From NCBI GenBank assembly GCA_963726255.1, contig CAVSBL010000002.1, positions 2,080,001 through 2,144,000 of the forward strand: 64,000 bases of DNA, read 5' to 3'. Made by a program: the position numbers and the translations under genes. The notes beneath the pieces were generated by a model. The model was not told where the DNA came from. It searched no databases and was given only the letters and a program-made list of their open reading frames with translations. Positions 48,219 to 59,282 of this stretch are shown in pieces; within the stretch, counting starts at the first letter, position 1, and each line of letters opens with the position of its first letter. The stretch is from Candidatus Bathyarchaeota archaeon. GTDB lineage: Archaea > Thermoproteota > Bathyarchaeia > 40CM-2-53-6.

Positions 48219-48402
48219 CCGCGAGATACGAATTCCAATGATACTTAATGAATGCTCTGATACTAACCGGCCTTCATGAAAATGTGAGCGCCCAGTTCAA
48301 TCCATGGCCACGTTTGCCAAATCGTCTTACTCGAGTTGGAATTCCGAGAGATAAATTCTAGTACTATCCAACGTACCTACCCGTTATCGAAGATGCGTAG
48401 AG

Positions 48403-49371
48403 TTGCCGGACAAGAAGTTTACGAAGATATTCTTCGCAACTGACCTACACGGTTCGAGTCGTTGTTACGAGAAGTTGCTGAGCGCGGCCAAATTCTACAA
48501 GGTGGACGTTCTGGTTCTCGGGGGAGATCTAACTGGCAAGATGCTTGTACCGATTGTCGACCTCGAGGATGGGACGTTCAAAGCGGACTATATCGGCGGA
48601 AGAACTGCGAGGGGAGCCGACGAGGTGAAGGCTTTGGAGAAGGAAATTACTGACAGCGGTTATTACTACTACCACTGTGGGAAAGCAGAGATGGAGGAGC
48701 TCAAAGCATCCAAGGAGAAAGTAGACAAACTCTTCATGACAACCATGAAGGAGACATTGATGAAGTGGGTTGACCGTGCTGAACCATTCCTCGCCGACCT
48801 AGGTGTGACTTGTTACTTAACGGGCGGAAACGACGACTATCAAGAAATCGTAGACGCCGTGCACGATACGCCTCATGTGAAGAATGCTGATAACAAAGTT
48901 ATGAAAATAGACGAACTCCATGAAATGGTGAACTTGGGATGGAGCAATCCAACCCCTTGGAAATGCCCGCGAGATCATAGCGAGGAAGATCTTGAAGCTG
49001 CAACAGAGAAACTAGTCTCTTCTGTAGCCAATTTGGAGAATTGTGTATTCAACGTACACGTACCTCCGGCAAACTGCGGGCTTGATACATGTCCGAAATT
49101 GGACGATTCGGTATTCCCGCCGAAGCCTGTTTTTGATAAGGGGCAGGCCGTTATGATCGGCGCGGGAAGTACTGCGATTCGGCGTGAAGTCGAAAAGCAT
49201 CAGCCGCTTGTTCACCTGTGCGGTCATATCCATGAGTCGAGGGGTACGACTAAGATTGGAAAAACACTCGTGGTTAACCCGGGCAGCGAATATCCTGAAG
49301 GGGTACTCAGAGGTGCGATTGTGAACGTGGGGGACAAAAAAGTGGTTAGCTGGCAGCTTACGTCCGGGTAA
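48403..49371 (+). CDS. Icc-like metallophosphoesterase
   Basis: TDLHG, GGDLTGK, GGNDD, CGHIHE, NPGS. Confidence 0.9.
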   Translation: MPDKKFTKIFFATDLHGSSRCYEKLLSAAKFYKVDVLVLGGDLTGKMLVPIVDLEDGTFKADYIGGRTARGADEVKALEKEITDSGYYYYHCGKAEMEELKASKEKVDKLFMTTMKETLMKWVDRAEPFLADLGVTCYLTGGNDDYQEIVDAVHDTPHVKNADNKVMKIDELHEMVNLGWSNPTPWKCPRDHSEEDLEAATEKLVSSVANLENCVFNVHVPPANCGLDTCPKLDDSVFPPKPVFDKGQAVMIGAGSTAIRREVEKHQPLVHLCGHIHESRGTTKIGKTLVVNPGSEYPEGVLRGAIVNVGDKKVVSWQLTSG

Positions 49372-49487
49372 TGTACGGTGGGTTAGGGATTTGGCCCCGG
49401 TAACAGCGTGTACACCGGCGTAACTTGGTCCGTATTGCCGCGTTTTCGTTTCGGGGCTCGTTCAGTCAGTATTCTGCTGTAAAGGGA

Positions 49488-51035
49488 CTACAGCGGGGGC
49501 AATTCCTTGTACGCTAGCGATATGTCGATGCCACGCTTGCCGTAGTAAGATTTCGAAATTGCATAGATTATGATGCCGCCGATGAAACTGCCCACAACCC
49601 AACCATAGGCGATCGGGTTTCCTCCCCATATTCCAGGGAAGGCTAGGAACTGGTACGTAATGTACACGAACACTATTGTCATTAGGGCTCCGGAAGTTGC
49701 CAGAAGAGCCTTGGATCCACCCTTCTCGTTCTTGAAGGCGTAGAGCACGGCGGCGATTCCAACGAAGATGAAGTAAATCATTGCTGCGACGACTGCTCCA
49801 AAGAGTGCAACCAAGGTACCGTAGAAGAACGAAGCTAACCCAATCAAGACTAGGGTTCCTACGAGTTCAATCAGTAATGCTACTACGGGTGAACTGTACT
49901 TCGGGCTGACGTAAGCTACCTTCTCGGGTAGGAATCGGTCGAAGGATTGGGCGAAGAGGTAACGGGATAGGACGATGATTCCATAAGCAAGGATGGCGAC
50001 GTTCCAGAGAATCCATCCCAAGCCGATAAACCATGACACTGCTGGAATGCTAGAGACGCCCATTGCAAGCGTCCAGAAGTTGAAAGTCCAATCGTATACT
50101 AGATTCGGATTACTTAACGCGCCATTTACGAAATTGAAACCACCCGCGTAGTACATGCTTGCGAACGCCGTGGTGACGACTATAAGAGTTACAACTGAAG
50201 AAATCACCACGTTATACCGGAGAGCGCCTTTACCCTTAATCTCGGAGGCAACGGCAGGTCCAGCGTTTATCCACGGATAGACGAAGATTGCAAAGAATGG
50301 CAACATGAAGATTGTTGCTCCCAGATCGAACGTTGGAGAATTGGCCGGCAACGAAGCCGACTCATACGTGGCCTTCGCGCCGATGGAATCGAGAAAACTC
50401 ATGTAGCCTTGGACGCCAGACGTGCCTGCGCCCAAGATTGTGAAAATTCCGACGAAGGTAGCCGCTATCGCGATTATCACTGCGATCGCAACTATCTTGT
50501 AACCAGCCTTTGGCTTTAGGATATTGACAGCTATGAGGACAGCGAAGATTGCCGCGGCAATCACAAATTGCCCCACGAGATCGGCTCCAGGAATATTCCC
50601 TGGCAGCGCCAAGCTTAGCATGTTCTCATACCCAAGTGAAAGCCCAACCGAACCAATCGAGACAACCGCTGCCAACGCAATCAGAGCCAGATAGGCCATC
50701 GTCTCAAGAGTGTAACCCATGAACGAAAGCGCTCCCCCAAAGAATCCACCGTACACTCGTGAGGCCCACACGTAATCTCCGCCAGTACGACTAATTCGCG
50801 TTGTCATCATCGTATAGACGATGATCTGCGGGATTGATAGAACCCAAGCGAGTATGGAGCCATACACCAAGTTGACTCCTGATGTCGATGAGAGTAACAC
50901 CATTGTGTATCCGATAATTCCGAGGGCTGCTCCTCCTGACATGTTGCTCAAATTCAGACCAACAACATCCAAGAAGGAGACGTCTCGGCGCAGCCCTGAA
51001 GCCTTTCTAACAAACGCCACAGGTTGGCTTGTCAT
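49488..51035 (-). CDS. APC family amino-acid/nucleobase permease
   Basis: FVRKASGLRR, RTGGDYVW, about 12 TM segments; start MTSQP at 51035 preferred. Confidence 0.88.
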   Translation of the reverse strand: MTSQPVAFVRKASGLRRDVSFLDVVGLNLSNMSGGAALGIIGYTMVLLSSTSGVNLVYGSILAWVLSIPQIIVYTMMTTRISRTGGDYVWASRVYGGFFGGALSFMGYTLETMAYLALIALAAVVSIGSVGLSLGYENMLSLALPGNIPGADLVGQFVIAAAIFAVLIAVNILKPKAGYKIVAIAVIIAIAATFVGIFTILGAGTSGVQGYMSFLDSIGAKATYESASLPANSPTFDLGATIFMLPFFAIFVYPWINAGPAVASEIKGKGALRYNVVISSVVTLIVVTTAFASMYYAGGFNFVNGALSNPNLVYDWTFNFWTLAMGVSSIPAVSWFIGLGWILWNVAILAYGIIVLSRYLFAQSFDRFLPEKVAYVSPKYSSPVVALLIELVGTLVLIGLASFFYGTLVALFGAVVAAMIYFIFVGIAAVLYAFKNEKGGSKALLATSGALMTIVFVYITYQFLAFPGIWGGNPIAYGWVVGSFIGGIIIYAISKSYYGKRGIDISLAYKELPPL

Positions 51036-51190
51036 GGGCGGAAGACCTGTCGACCACAAATTTAACACCTTCGAAGGGATGTTCTTAATCCGATACGCGG
51101 CCTCGCTGAGCCAACGGCATACGACTACGATTTTTCTCATCGTAACATGGTAATCAACACAAAGTTTCATTTAGCGGGGGGCTGACGGTC

Positions 51191-51988
51191 TTGCAAATTC
51201 CTTGTGGGATCGTCTTGGCAAAGTATGGTAATGCGAGCTCCGACTTTCTTGACGAGGTCCACAGAATCACGAATGCCGCCAAGACCGAAGGCGTACTATT
51301 GAGGCTGCTTGGAGCGCTCGCCTTTCACATACATTGTCCAAAATTCTCGTACATGCAGGAAATGCTGGGACGCACGTTTACTGACATAGACTTTGCCTCA
51401 TACAGACAAGAAAGTTCCCGAATCACCAACCTATTCACCGAGCTCGGGTATCAGCATGACGCACGAGTAAGGGCCCTCTTTGGTTCGAGGTTAGTATTCT
51501 ATGAAACAAGCGGGACTAACAGACACTGTGATGTATTCCTAGACAAGCTTGAGTTCTGTCACGATGTGGACTTCCAAGATAGGCTCGAAGTTGACGATCC
51601 GACTGTGCCGCTCGCGGAGCTTCTCCTGGAGAAAATGCAGATAGTCAGGTTGAATCAAAAGGACGTCATCGACACTATAATGCTTCTAAGAGAGCATCAG
51701 ATCGGCGGGTCAGACGATGACACAATCAACGCAGACCGCATAGCGCGCCTTACCGCTCGCGATTGGGGTCTTTGGAGAACATTCACACTCAACTTGGAAA
51801 ATGTGGGAAGAATCGCTCAAAATCTCGAGAAGCTCTCCGAGGAGGATAAGAAAGATGTGAATTCGAAGATCACAGCTTTACGGTCTCGCATAGATAGCGA
51901 ACCCAAGACACGGGGTTGGAAGATTAGGTCACAAATCGGAGAGAGAAAGAAGTGGTACCGAGATGTTGACGAGCTCCTGCGGGAATAA
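51191..51988 (+). CDS. Hypothetical protein, nucleotidyltransferase-like fold
   Basis: LRLLGALA...TDIDF...CDVF...LLLEKMQ...KDVID pattern. Confidence 0.6.
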   Translation: MQIPCGIVLAKYGNASSDFLDEVHRITNAAKTEGVLLRLLGALAFHIHCPKFSYMQEMLGRTFTDIDFASYRQESSRITNLFTELGYQHDARVRALFGSRLVFYETSGTNRHCDVFLDKLEFCHDVDFQDRLEVDDPTVPLAELLLEKMQIVRLNQKDVIDTIMLLREHQIGGSDDDTINADRIARLTARDWGLWRTFTLNLENVGRIAQNLEKLSEEDKKDVNSKITALRSRIDSEPKTRGWKIRSQIGERKKWYRDVDELLRE

Positions 51989-52074
51989 TTCTGGTTGTCG
52001 TGCACATCGGTCGTGAAATGAAGTAATTACGGGCTTATTCTCTCGCCAGTCGCTTCACAGGCCACTGCCTGTTC

Positions 52075-53016
52075 TTATCCGCTTTCTCTAGTGTAGGGGA
52101 TTCCCAACGCCGACGGTTGGCGGGCGCCTCGGGCAATAGCCACTAGGATTACGAGGGTAAGCAGGTAGGGGACCATGAGCAGGAAGTAGTAGGGTATTAT
52201 TGAGCCTACGACTTGGAAGAATGAGCCGAGAAGATAAGCCGCACCGAAGAGGAATGTTCCGAAGAACGCCCTAGCAGGGCGCCACTTACCGAAATATACC
52301 ATGGCAACTGCGATGAACCCTCTTCCAGCGGTGATGTTTTCTGCCTGGAAAGCGTGGACTGAGATGGCTAGGTAAGCGCCTCCGATTCCTGCCAAGGTCG
52401 CTCCTGCAATTACCGCAATGTACCGTATCTTTGCGACGTTGACTCCCAGTGTGTCAGCTGCTGATGGATTCTCGCCAACTGCTCTCAAGTTAAGCCCGAA
52501 CGTTGTTCGCCCAATCACGAGAATTACGATGACGAGCGTCACGAAGGCCATGTACTCTATGATATCTTGGGAGAAGAGTGAGTTACCGAGTATGGGAATT
52601 GAGGATAGCACGGGTATTGGTATATTCGGAAGCCCTTCAATTCTGATCGTCGAGCCAATTTCGCCGAACAAGGCTTCGTAGACGAATCCAGAAAGACCGA
52701 GTCCTAGAAAGTAGATTCCGAGACCCGAGAGGATTTGGTCCTGTTTCAAACTTATCGAGATAAACGCCATCAGCAGGCCGATGAGCGCGCCACAGAATGC
52801 CCCCAGGATTACTCCGAGTAGGTTGTCATGCATGAAGAAGCTGACTGAAAACGCCGAGATTGCTCCGACGAGCATTACTCCCTCCGTTCCGAGATTTATC
52901 ACCCCACCTCGTTCACTAATGACCTCGCCCAACGATGCGAATGCCATTGGGACGCTCAATTCAAGCATCGAAGCGATCAGACCGGAAATCGCTGCTGCAT
53001 CAAGAACAACACCCAT
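52075..53016 (-). CDS. Nucleoside ABC transporter permease
   Basis: ISERGGVINLGTEG, LRAVGENPSAADTLG, AGRGFIA. Confidence 0.93.
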   Translation of the reverse strand: MGVVLDAAAISGLIASMLELSVPMAFASLGEVISERGGVINLGTEGVMLVGAISAFSVSFFMHDNLLGVILGAFCGALIGLLMAFISISLKQDQILSGLGIYFLGLGLSGFVYEALFGEIGSTIRIEGLPNIPIPVLSSIPILGNSLFSQDIIEYMAFVTLVIVILVIGRTTFGLNLRAVGENPSAADTLGVNVAKIRYIAVIAGATLAGIGGAYLAISVHAFQAENITAGRGFIAVAMVYFGKWRPARAFFGTFLFGAAYLLGSFFQVVGSIIPYYFLLMVPYLLTLVILVAIARGARQPSALGIPYTRESG

Positions 53017-53019
53017 TTC

Positions 53020-54120
53020 CTAGCTTCTCCTGATTTCGTACCTTGCAAAAACCTGAATGATGAGGATTAGAACAATAATTATGCCCTGTGACAGCAAGGA
53101 TAAGGTTTGGGGAATTTGAAGTGCTCTCTCGACCGAGGACATTCCCGAAATGAGACTGCCAAAGAATATCGATGAGAAGATCACGCCTAAAGGATGTAGG
53201 TTCCCAAGCAAGGCGACAACGACCGCAGTGTAACCGATTCCTGAAGCTTGTTCTGGCAACAGTTCATGCGTGATGCCAAGTATGTAGACACCTCCTCCTA
53301 AACCACACAATGCTCCACTCAGAAACATTGCTGAAATTACCACACGCTTTACTGAAATTCCGCTCGTCTTAGCCGCTGACGGGTTTAGCCCGACTGCACG
53401 TATTGTATACCCAAGAGGCGTCTTGAAGAGAATATAGTACGCCAAAACGCATGCTACGACGGAAACAATGATGCCGACGTTTAAGCTCGACTGGCGGAGT
53501 AGGATTGGTAAAGAAGTTTCTTTCGGAAAGATAGGAGATTCAGGGTAACTTCCCGGAATCGATTTGTCTTGGAACGGGCCTCTCACAAGCCAGTTCAGAG
53601 CGTCGATTGCAACATAGTTCAGCATAATCGTAGTGATGACCTCGTTAATTCCAAGCCTCGATTTGAGTAAGGCCGGTATCGCAGCGAACAAGCCTCCGCC
53701 CAATAGCGACAGTACCAGCGCAAGCGGAATCATAACGTAGGAAGGCATTGGCTCCTTCAAGAAAGGCAATACGAACCACGTGACGAGAATAGCGCCAAAA
53801 ATCTGCTGCCCTTCGGCGCCTATGTTCCAGACCTTGCAGCGGAAGGCAATGACAAGGCCAATAGCCATGAGCATAAGCGGGGTCGCTTGAACAATTGATT
53901 CGGCGAACCCAGCTTCTGTCCCTACCGTTCCCCTGTAAAGGGCGTCCAGCGCCACAAGGGGGTTCTTTCCCGCAGCCCCCAGAACGACTAGAACCACAAG
54001 GGGTGAAACGATGTACGCTAACAGCGTGACGGTCAACATGGCTCGCCGGCTTACATCTAGACGTTGAGTAACCTTGAATCCCAACAAGTGTTCACGCCGC
54101 CATCGAGATCTTCTTCGCAC
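53020..54120 (-). CDS. Nucleoside ABC transporter permease
   Basis: WNIGAEGQ, NEVITTIMLNYVA, IRAVGLNP; start approximate. Confidence 0.92.
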   Translation of the reverse strand: MRRRSRWRREHLLGFKVTQRLDVSRRAMLTVTLLAYIVSPLVVLVVLGAAGKNPLVALDALYRGTVGTEAGFAESIVQATPLMLMAIGLVIAFRCKVWNIGAEGQQIFGAILVTWFVLPFLKEPMPSYVMIPLALVLSLLGGGLFAAIPALLKSRLGINEVITTIMLNYVAIDALNWLVRGPFQDKSIPGSYPESPIFPKETSLPILLRQSSLNVGIIVSVVACVLAYYILFKTPLGYTIRAVGLNPSAAKTSGISVKRVVISAMFLSGALCGLGGGVYILGITHELLPEQASGIGYTAVVVALLGNLHPLGVIFSSIFFGSLISGMSSVERALQIPQTLSLLSQGIIIVLILIIQVFARYEIRRS

Positions 54121-55657
54121 CTGTCATCAGGAGTCCGATCTCTTCCATGTTGAACTGTCCGGGTTCGAGCAATCCGACTACCTGGCCTTTGTACATGACT
54201 GCAACTCTATCGCTCAGGGTGATCAGCTCAGCTAGGTCTTCGTCGACTAGGAGTACAGCAGCGCCTCGATTTCGTTGTTGAACCAAAATGCTCCTGACGT
54301 ATTCTGTTGCGGCTACGTCGAGGCCGCGCGTTGGTTGTGAAACCACAATGAGTGAGGGTTGCCCAGACAGTTCTCTTGCTAAGATTAGCTTCTGAAGGTT
54401 TCCGCCGGAAAGCGACCTTGCTTTTGCAGAAATACCTGTCGTCTTAATGTTGAACTGTTTGATGGCTTCCTCTCCCCTGTGCGTAATCTCTTTGCTATTC
54501 AGCAAGGTTGGTACCTTGTTGGCTAGCATATTGCAAATGGGTGGTTTATCGAAGTCTTTGAGGATCATATTTTCGTCTAAACGAAAGTCCGTGATAATGG
54601 CGTCCTCGGTTCTGTTTTCGGGGACGTAGGCGAGGCCTAAGTCAATTATCCTGCGAGGTGACTTGCCAGTGATGTCTATGCCTGCAAACTTTAGGGATCC
54701 TGAAGAGCTCCTCCTCAGTCCCACAATGGCTTGAACAAGTTCTCTTTGGCCATTCCCGGATACACCGGCTATTCCGAGGATTTCTCCTCTTCGAACTTCG
54801 AAAGTGACGCCCTTGACCGCTTCGAGGCCTCTATCGTCAAATACAGAGAGTTGTTCTATTTGCAGAACAACTTCCCTTTCCGAAGTCCTTGTCTTGTCGG
54901 CGATTGGAGGAATCTCCTCGCCAACCATCATGTGAGCTAACTTTTCCTTGTTTACAGCTTGCGTCGCTTGCGTGGTAACTTTGCGTCCTTTCCTCAAAAC
55001 CGTGACCCTGTCTGTGACATCCATTACTTCGTCAAGTTTGTGAGTGATTAGAACGATGGAGATTCCCGTGTTTTTCAATCCGCGTAATGAGTTGAAGAAA
55101 TCACTAACCTCAGTAGGTGCGAGAACGGATGTAGGTTCGTCAAGAATCAGAACTTTCGCGTCACGATATAATGCTTTGAGAATTTCGACACGTTGGAGTT
55201 CCCCTACCGCGAGTTGCCAGATCTGAACCTTAGGGTCAACGTGCAGACCATGTTGTTCTGATAAGCGTGAGATTCGCGTCTCGGCCGAAGCTATGTCCGT
55301 CAGTATTCCTCTGGGAGACTTCAGTCCCAAGATTACGTTTTCTGCCACAGTCATGTCGCTCACAAGTTTGAAGTGTTGGTGTACCATGCCGATACCCCGC
55401 TTGATTGCGTCGGATGGGGAGCGAAACGCGGCAGGTTGACCGAAAATTTCAATCGAACCAGCGTCTGGTTGATAAAATCCATAAAGGATATTCATGAGCG
55501 TAGTCTTCCCGGCACCGTTCTCTCCTAGGAGCCCATGTATTTCGCCAGCATGAAGCTCAAAATCTACCATATCATTTGCCACGACGCCGCCAGGAAATCT
55601 CTTCACAATACCCCGCATCACGACGGCGGGAGTTTCATTACTTATCTCATCTACCAT
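54092..55657 (-). CDS. Nucleoside ABC transporter ATP-binding protein (two ABC domains)
   Basis: GENGAGKTT, ILDEPT, LSGGNLQK, QPTRGLD. Confidence 0.95.
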   Translation of the reverse strand: MVDEISNETPAVVMRGIVKRFPGGVVANDMVDFELHAGEIHGLLGENGAGKTTLMNILYGFYQPDAGSIEIFGQPAAFRSPSDAIKRGIGMVHQHFKLVSDMTVAENVILGLKSPRGILTDIASAETRISRLSEQHGLHVDPKVQIWQLAVGELQRVEILKALYRDAKVLILDEPTSVLAPTEVSDFFNSLRGLKNTGISIVLITHKLDEVMDVTDRVTVLRKGRKVTTQATQAVNKEKLAHMMVGEEIPPIADKTRTSEREVVLQIEQLSVFDDRGLEAVKGVTFEVRRGEILGIAGVSGNGQRELVQAIVGLRRSSSGSLKFAGIDITGKSPRRIIDLGLAYVPENRTEDAIITDFRLDENMILKDFDKPPICNMLANKVPTLLNSKEITHRGEEAIKQFNIKTTGISAKARSLSGGNLQKLILARELSGQPSLIVVSQPTRGLDVAATEYVRSILVQQRNRGAAVLLVDEDLAELITLSDRVAVMYKGQVVGLLEPGQFNMEEIGLLMTGAKKISMAA

Positions 55658-55688
55658 TCGCGTCTACGCCCTGTTCGTCGTGGAGAAT

Positions 55689-55725
55689 AAAAAAATAGGA
55701 GGGGAAGCCCTCTGTGAGAGAGCTT
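55689..55725 (-). terminator. Intercistronic hairpin plus T-tract after the BMP gene
   Basis: Minus strand AAGCTCTCT-CAC-AGAGGGCTT followed 9 nt later by T7. Confidence 0.5.
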
Positions 55726-55733
55726 GCGGACGT

Positions 55734-56921
55734 TTAGTTGCGCGGCTGCTGCAGACCTATAGCAATGAAGAAACTGGTCTGAATCGATTGAAGCGATGTT
55801 CCAATCGTTAGTGGGCCGAGTGGGTCGGTTTGAATTTGGCCGCCTTGGACTTGCGATGCGACGCTCATGACTTGCTGTTGAACGGCCGCTGGAACATTGT
55901 CCTTGTTCAGTTCGATTTCCAACCCTCCAGTCTGGAGGTTTGCCCAGTACTTGCCGTTTGTCTTTCCTGCGGCTACATCAGCGAGCCATTGTTTCATTAC
56001 TGCGTCCCATTTCCAAGAACCACTCCCTAGGACCAGCTTCTCACCACCAACAGGTGGGTTGTCTGCTATGTCGACACCGTTACCGATCAGGCTCACGTTC
56101 TTCTCAATTGCCCCTTCGATGGTTCCGAGCACGACACCGTCGCCCATCGTCGCGATCACGTCGACGCCCTGGCTCGCCATCAATTCAGCATCAGATTTAG
56201 CGCCCTGCAAATCGTGGAAGTCACCTACTGCGACAACACTAATGCTGCCGCCTGGTTGAATGCCATTGCCGCCGCCCGGCAGAGGTCCATATGTGTACAT
56301 GATGTTTGAATTTGCGTCGTGCGCACCTTTCGCAAAGTTCGGTTCGAATCTTGCAAGTTCGGCGACCCTCGCACCCATAATGTACCCAATCTTGTTAGAC
56401 ATGGTCATCTTTCCGGCTAAGTAGCCGAGAATGTATCCTGTCTGGTCCGTTCGGACGTCTGCGATAGCGAGGTTTGGTAGTGAGTTATTCCATCCCGCGA
56501 TTACTAGGAAGTTTGTGTTGGGGTATTGTGGAGCAATTTCCTGAATGGGAATCTGAAACTCGAAACCGGAACCGATTATCAGGTTGTATCCCTTGCTGAC
56601 GAAGTCTCTGACATCAGCCTGAATCTGAGCGCTTTCCTGATGGTTTTGTACCCAGCATCCGCAGGTGTTTATGCCTTCGTTCATACTGGTCAGGAGGTCT
56701 TCAAATGAAGTGTAGCTTGCTTGGTTCCACGCAAGGTCGTCTGTTCGGCCGGGCATTATCATTGCGATCTTCATTGGCCCGCTCGTCATGGATTCAGTCA
56801 TTGAAGTGTTTGTAGCGGGTACCGATGGTTTCTGTGTGAGGTAGTATGCTGCGCCAGCGACGATGATGAGAACGACTATTACGACAGCCATGATTGTTTT
56901 GTTGTTCTTTGCTTGACTCAT
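55734..56921 (-). CDS. BMP family (purine nucleoside) ABC substrate-binding protein
   Basis: N-terminal anchor, DLAWNQ, GYNLIIGSGFEF, GYLAGKMTMSNKIG. Confidence 0.9.
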   Translation of the reverse strand: MSQAKNNKTIMAVVIVVLIIVAGAAYYLTQKPSVPATNTSMTESMTSGPMKIAMIMPGRTDDLAWNQASYTSFEDLLTSMNEGINTCGCWVQNHQESAQIQADVRDFVSKGYNLIIGSGFEFQIPIQEIAPQYPNTNFLVIAGWNNSLPNLAIADVRTDQTGYILGYLAGKMTMSNKIGYIMGARVAELARFEPNFAKGAHDANSNIMYTYGPLPGGGNGIQPGGSISVVAVGDFHDLQGAKSDAELMASQGVDVIATMGDGVVLGTIEGAIEKNVSLIGNGVDIADNPPVGGEKLVLGSGSWKWDAVMKQWLADVAAGKTNGKYWANLQTGGLEIELNKDNVPAAVQQQVMSVASQVQGGQIQTDPLGPLTIGTSLQSIQTSFFIAIGLQQPRN

Positions 56922-56964
56922 AATATATCTTCAACTCTCCGTGACGGAAGCTGGCTGGCTCCAA

Positions 56965-57777
56965 CTAGATATAACTTGCGAAAGCTTCCCAGCCAGGGTG
57001 TCGCTGAAACAGTCGCGTTTCCGTAGTTAGCGGCAGGAACGCGTGCCCGGCTGCAGAAATGATGTTGGTACTTAACTTGTAACTGGTCAGCGTTTGAGTG
57101 ACCTTCTCATTATTGTTATAGTACTCACCGTAGACAACTTGCCCCAACCCTGCGTCAAACCACAATACCTCCGACAATGTTCCGTTTTGTGTTACTGTTA
57201 CCTTGAACGCGTGAAATTGGCCGAGAGGAGTCGAAACATCATCTATCGACGTAGTTGTCCTCACCTCTAGAAGCAACTTTGTTGAAGTTATGGTTGTGTT
57301 CTTCACCTCAGTTGTGGTATGCAGAGTGCTGTTCACGGTCCATTTATCCCCGATGTGGAGGGGGACTTGAAATAGCTGGACGGGTGGCGTGTAGATTGTT
57401 GTGGAGTTGGCGAGTAGGTTGCCGATTGTTGGCCTGAACGTTTTGACCTCATGCCAATCTAGTGTGGTCCAGTGGTATTGAGTTGACAGATGTTGCGAAT
57501 CATCGTACAGAATCACATACGCCTCAGTCCCGTTCAAATCGGCAACCTCTCTTACTGACACGGTTAACTGGTAGCTCTTAGAATCAGGAAATACGACCTT
57601 GTAGTTCCAGCTGTCACCCGCGGCCAAACGGCGTGGTAACGTACTTCTCGACTCATTCCACATGAAGGCTAGTGGAGAGAGCGTCGCGAGAATCGCCATC
57701 AGAAACACAAGTGCAACAATGGAGCGTCTTGCCAGAATCAGCCCCGCCCTTCTAATCCTTTCAGACTTGTTGCGCAA
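56965..57777 (-). CDS. Secreted hypothetical protein
   Basis: Signal/anchor; PLHIGDKW and VSTPLGQFHAFKV motifs of beta-rich exported proteins. Confidence 0.7.
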   Translation of the reverse strand: MRNKSERIRRAGLILARRSIVALVFLMAILATLSPLAFMWNESRSTLPRRLAAGDSWNYKVVFPDSKSYQLTVSVREVADLNGTEAYVILYDDSQHLSTQYHWTTLDWHEVKTFRPTIGNLLANSTTIYTPPVQLFQVPLHIGDKWTVNSTLHTTTEVKNTTITSTKLLLEVRTTTSIDDVSTPLGQFHAFKVTVTQNGTLSEVLWFDAGLGQVVYGEYYNNNEKVTQTLTSYKLSTNIISAAGHAFLPLTTETRLFQRHPGWEAFASYI

Positions 57778-57825
57778 GGAATTCAGTTAAAGCCGACATC
57801 TGCAACTCGCTACACAACCTACGAA

Positions 57826-59227
57826 GTGTTCATCATGGCATCTATTCTGATTTCCGGCGGAACAATCATAACCATGGATTCAAATCGGCGAGTGATCAGG
57901 AACGGAGCCGTTCGGGTCGAGAACGATCGCATCGTCGAACTTGGAAAGGCAAACCAAGTCGGGACGCAGTCGCAGGCGGAGTCCGAACTAGACGCAAGCG
58001 GTATGGTTGTGCTCCCGGGCCTGATAGATACGCACGTGCACCTCGCCCAAGCTCTTCTTCGAGGTTGTGCCGACGATACCTCCTTGATAGATTGGCTACA
58101 GAAATTCGTTTGGCCACTTCAGGGCAACTTCGAAGCGGAGGATGGTAGGACGAGCGCGGAACTGTGCATGTTGGAAATGATTAAGTCAGGAACGACAACC
58201 TTCCTTGAGAGCCTCTTACACTCGCGTTACGGATTCGACGGCATCGCTGAAAGCGTGCAGAAATCTGGAATGCGCGGTTTTCTCTCCAAAACAGTGATGG
58301 GGCTACCCGGCTATGGGACCGAAAAGAGCATAATGCATCCGGGAATGATCGAGGACGCGGAAACCTGCCTTCACGAAGTCAAATCCCACTTCAAACGTTG
58401 GGATGGGAAGGCGAATGGGAGAATTAGGGTTTGGTACGGTGCTCGGTCGCTAGGTGGCTGCACAAAGGAATTGTACGAGCTTATCGCTAAAGGCGCTCAA
58501 GAGCTTGGGACGGGCGTCACGATGCATCTGAGCGAGGTCCAGGAGGATGTGCGATACGCCAAGAAAGAGTTCGGAATGATGCCTGCAGAATTCATGAACA
58601 AAGTCGGCTTAGCGGGACGAAATGTTGTTTTCGCGCATGGGGTATGGTTGACGGAGAGTGAGTGGGCCATACTAGCTCGGAAGGGTGCGCATGTGGCGCA
58701 CTGCCCATCTTCGAACATGAAGCTATCGTCTGGAATTGCTAGCGTTCCTGAGATGTTGAAGGCCGGTGTAAATGTCGGCCTCGGATGCGATGGCGGGCCA
58801 AGCAACAACTGCTACGATATGGTCCGTGAAATGAAGACCGCTTCGCTACTTCAGAAGGCCAGATTGCTCGACCCGCTGACTATGAGCGCTGAAACAGTCC
58901 TAGAGATGGCTACTATAAACGGGGCACGCGCTCTTAGGACTACAGAACGATCTTGGTTCGATAGAGGTCGGAAAGAAAGCCGATATGATCTTGATAACGT
59001 TGAAAAAACCGCACTTGACACCCGCTTTCAACCCCGTGTCACATCTTGTATACGCGGCGGAGGGAACCGACGTACAGACAGTAATAATTGATGGAGAGGT
59101 AGTGATGGAGAACCGAAACCTCAAAACACTCAGAGAAGAGGAAATCCTCAAAGAGGCCAGCAACAGAAGCGAAAAGCTTCTAGAACGGGCGGGTCTGGAA
59201 GTCAAACCTAAGTGGGCTATTAGTTAA
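57826..59227 (+). pseudogene. Amidohydrolase (MTA/SAH deaminase / SsnA-like), +1 frameshift near 58934
   Basis: DTHVH, HLSE, HCPSSNMKL, GCDG; removing one T restores GARALGLQNDLGSIEVGKKADMILI and joins ORF 58985..59227. Confidence 0.85.
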
Positions 59228-59282
59228 GAACTGCCCACAAGATTCAAGACTGAATTGCGATTGGAAGGTTGGCCTGATTCAT

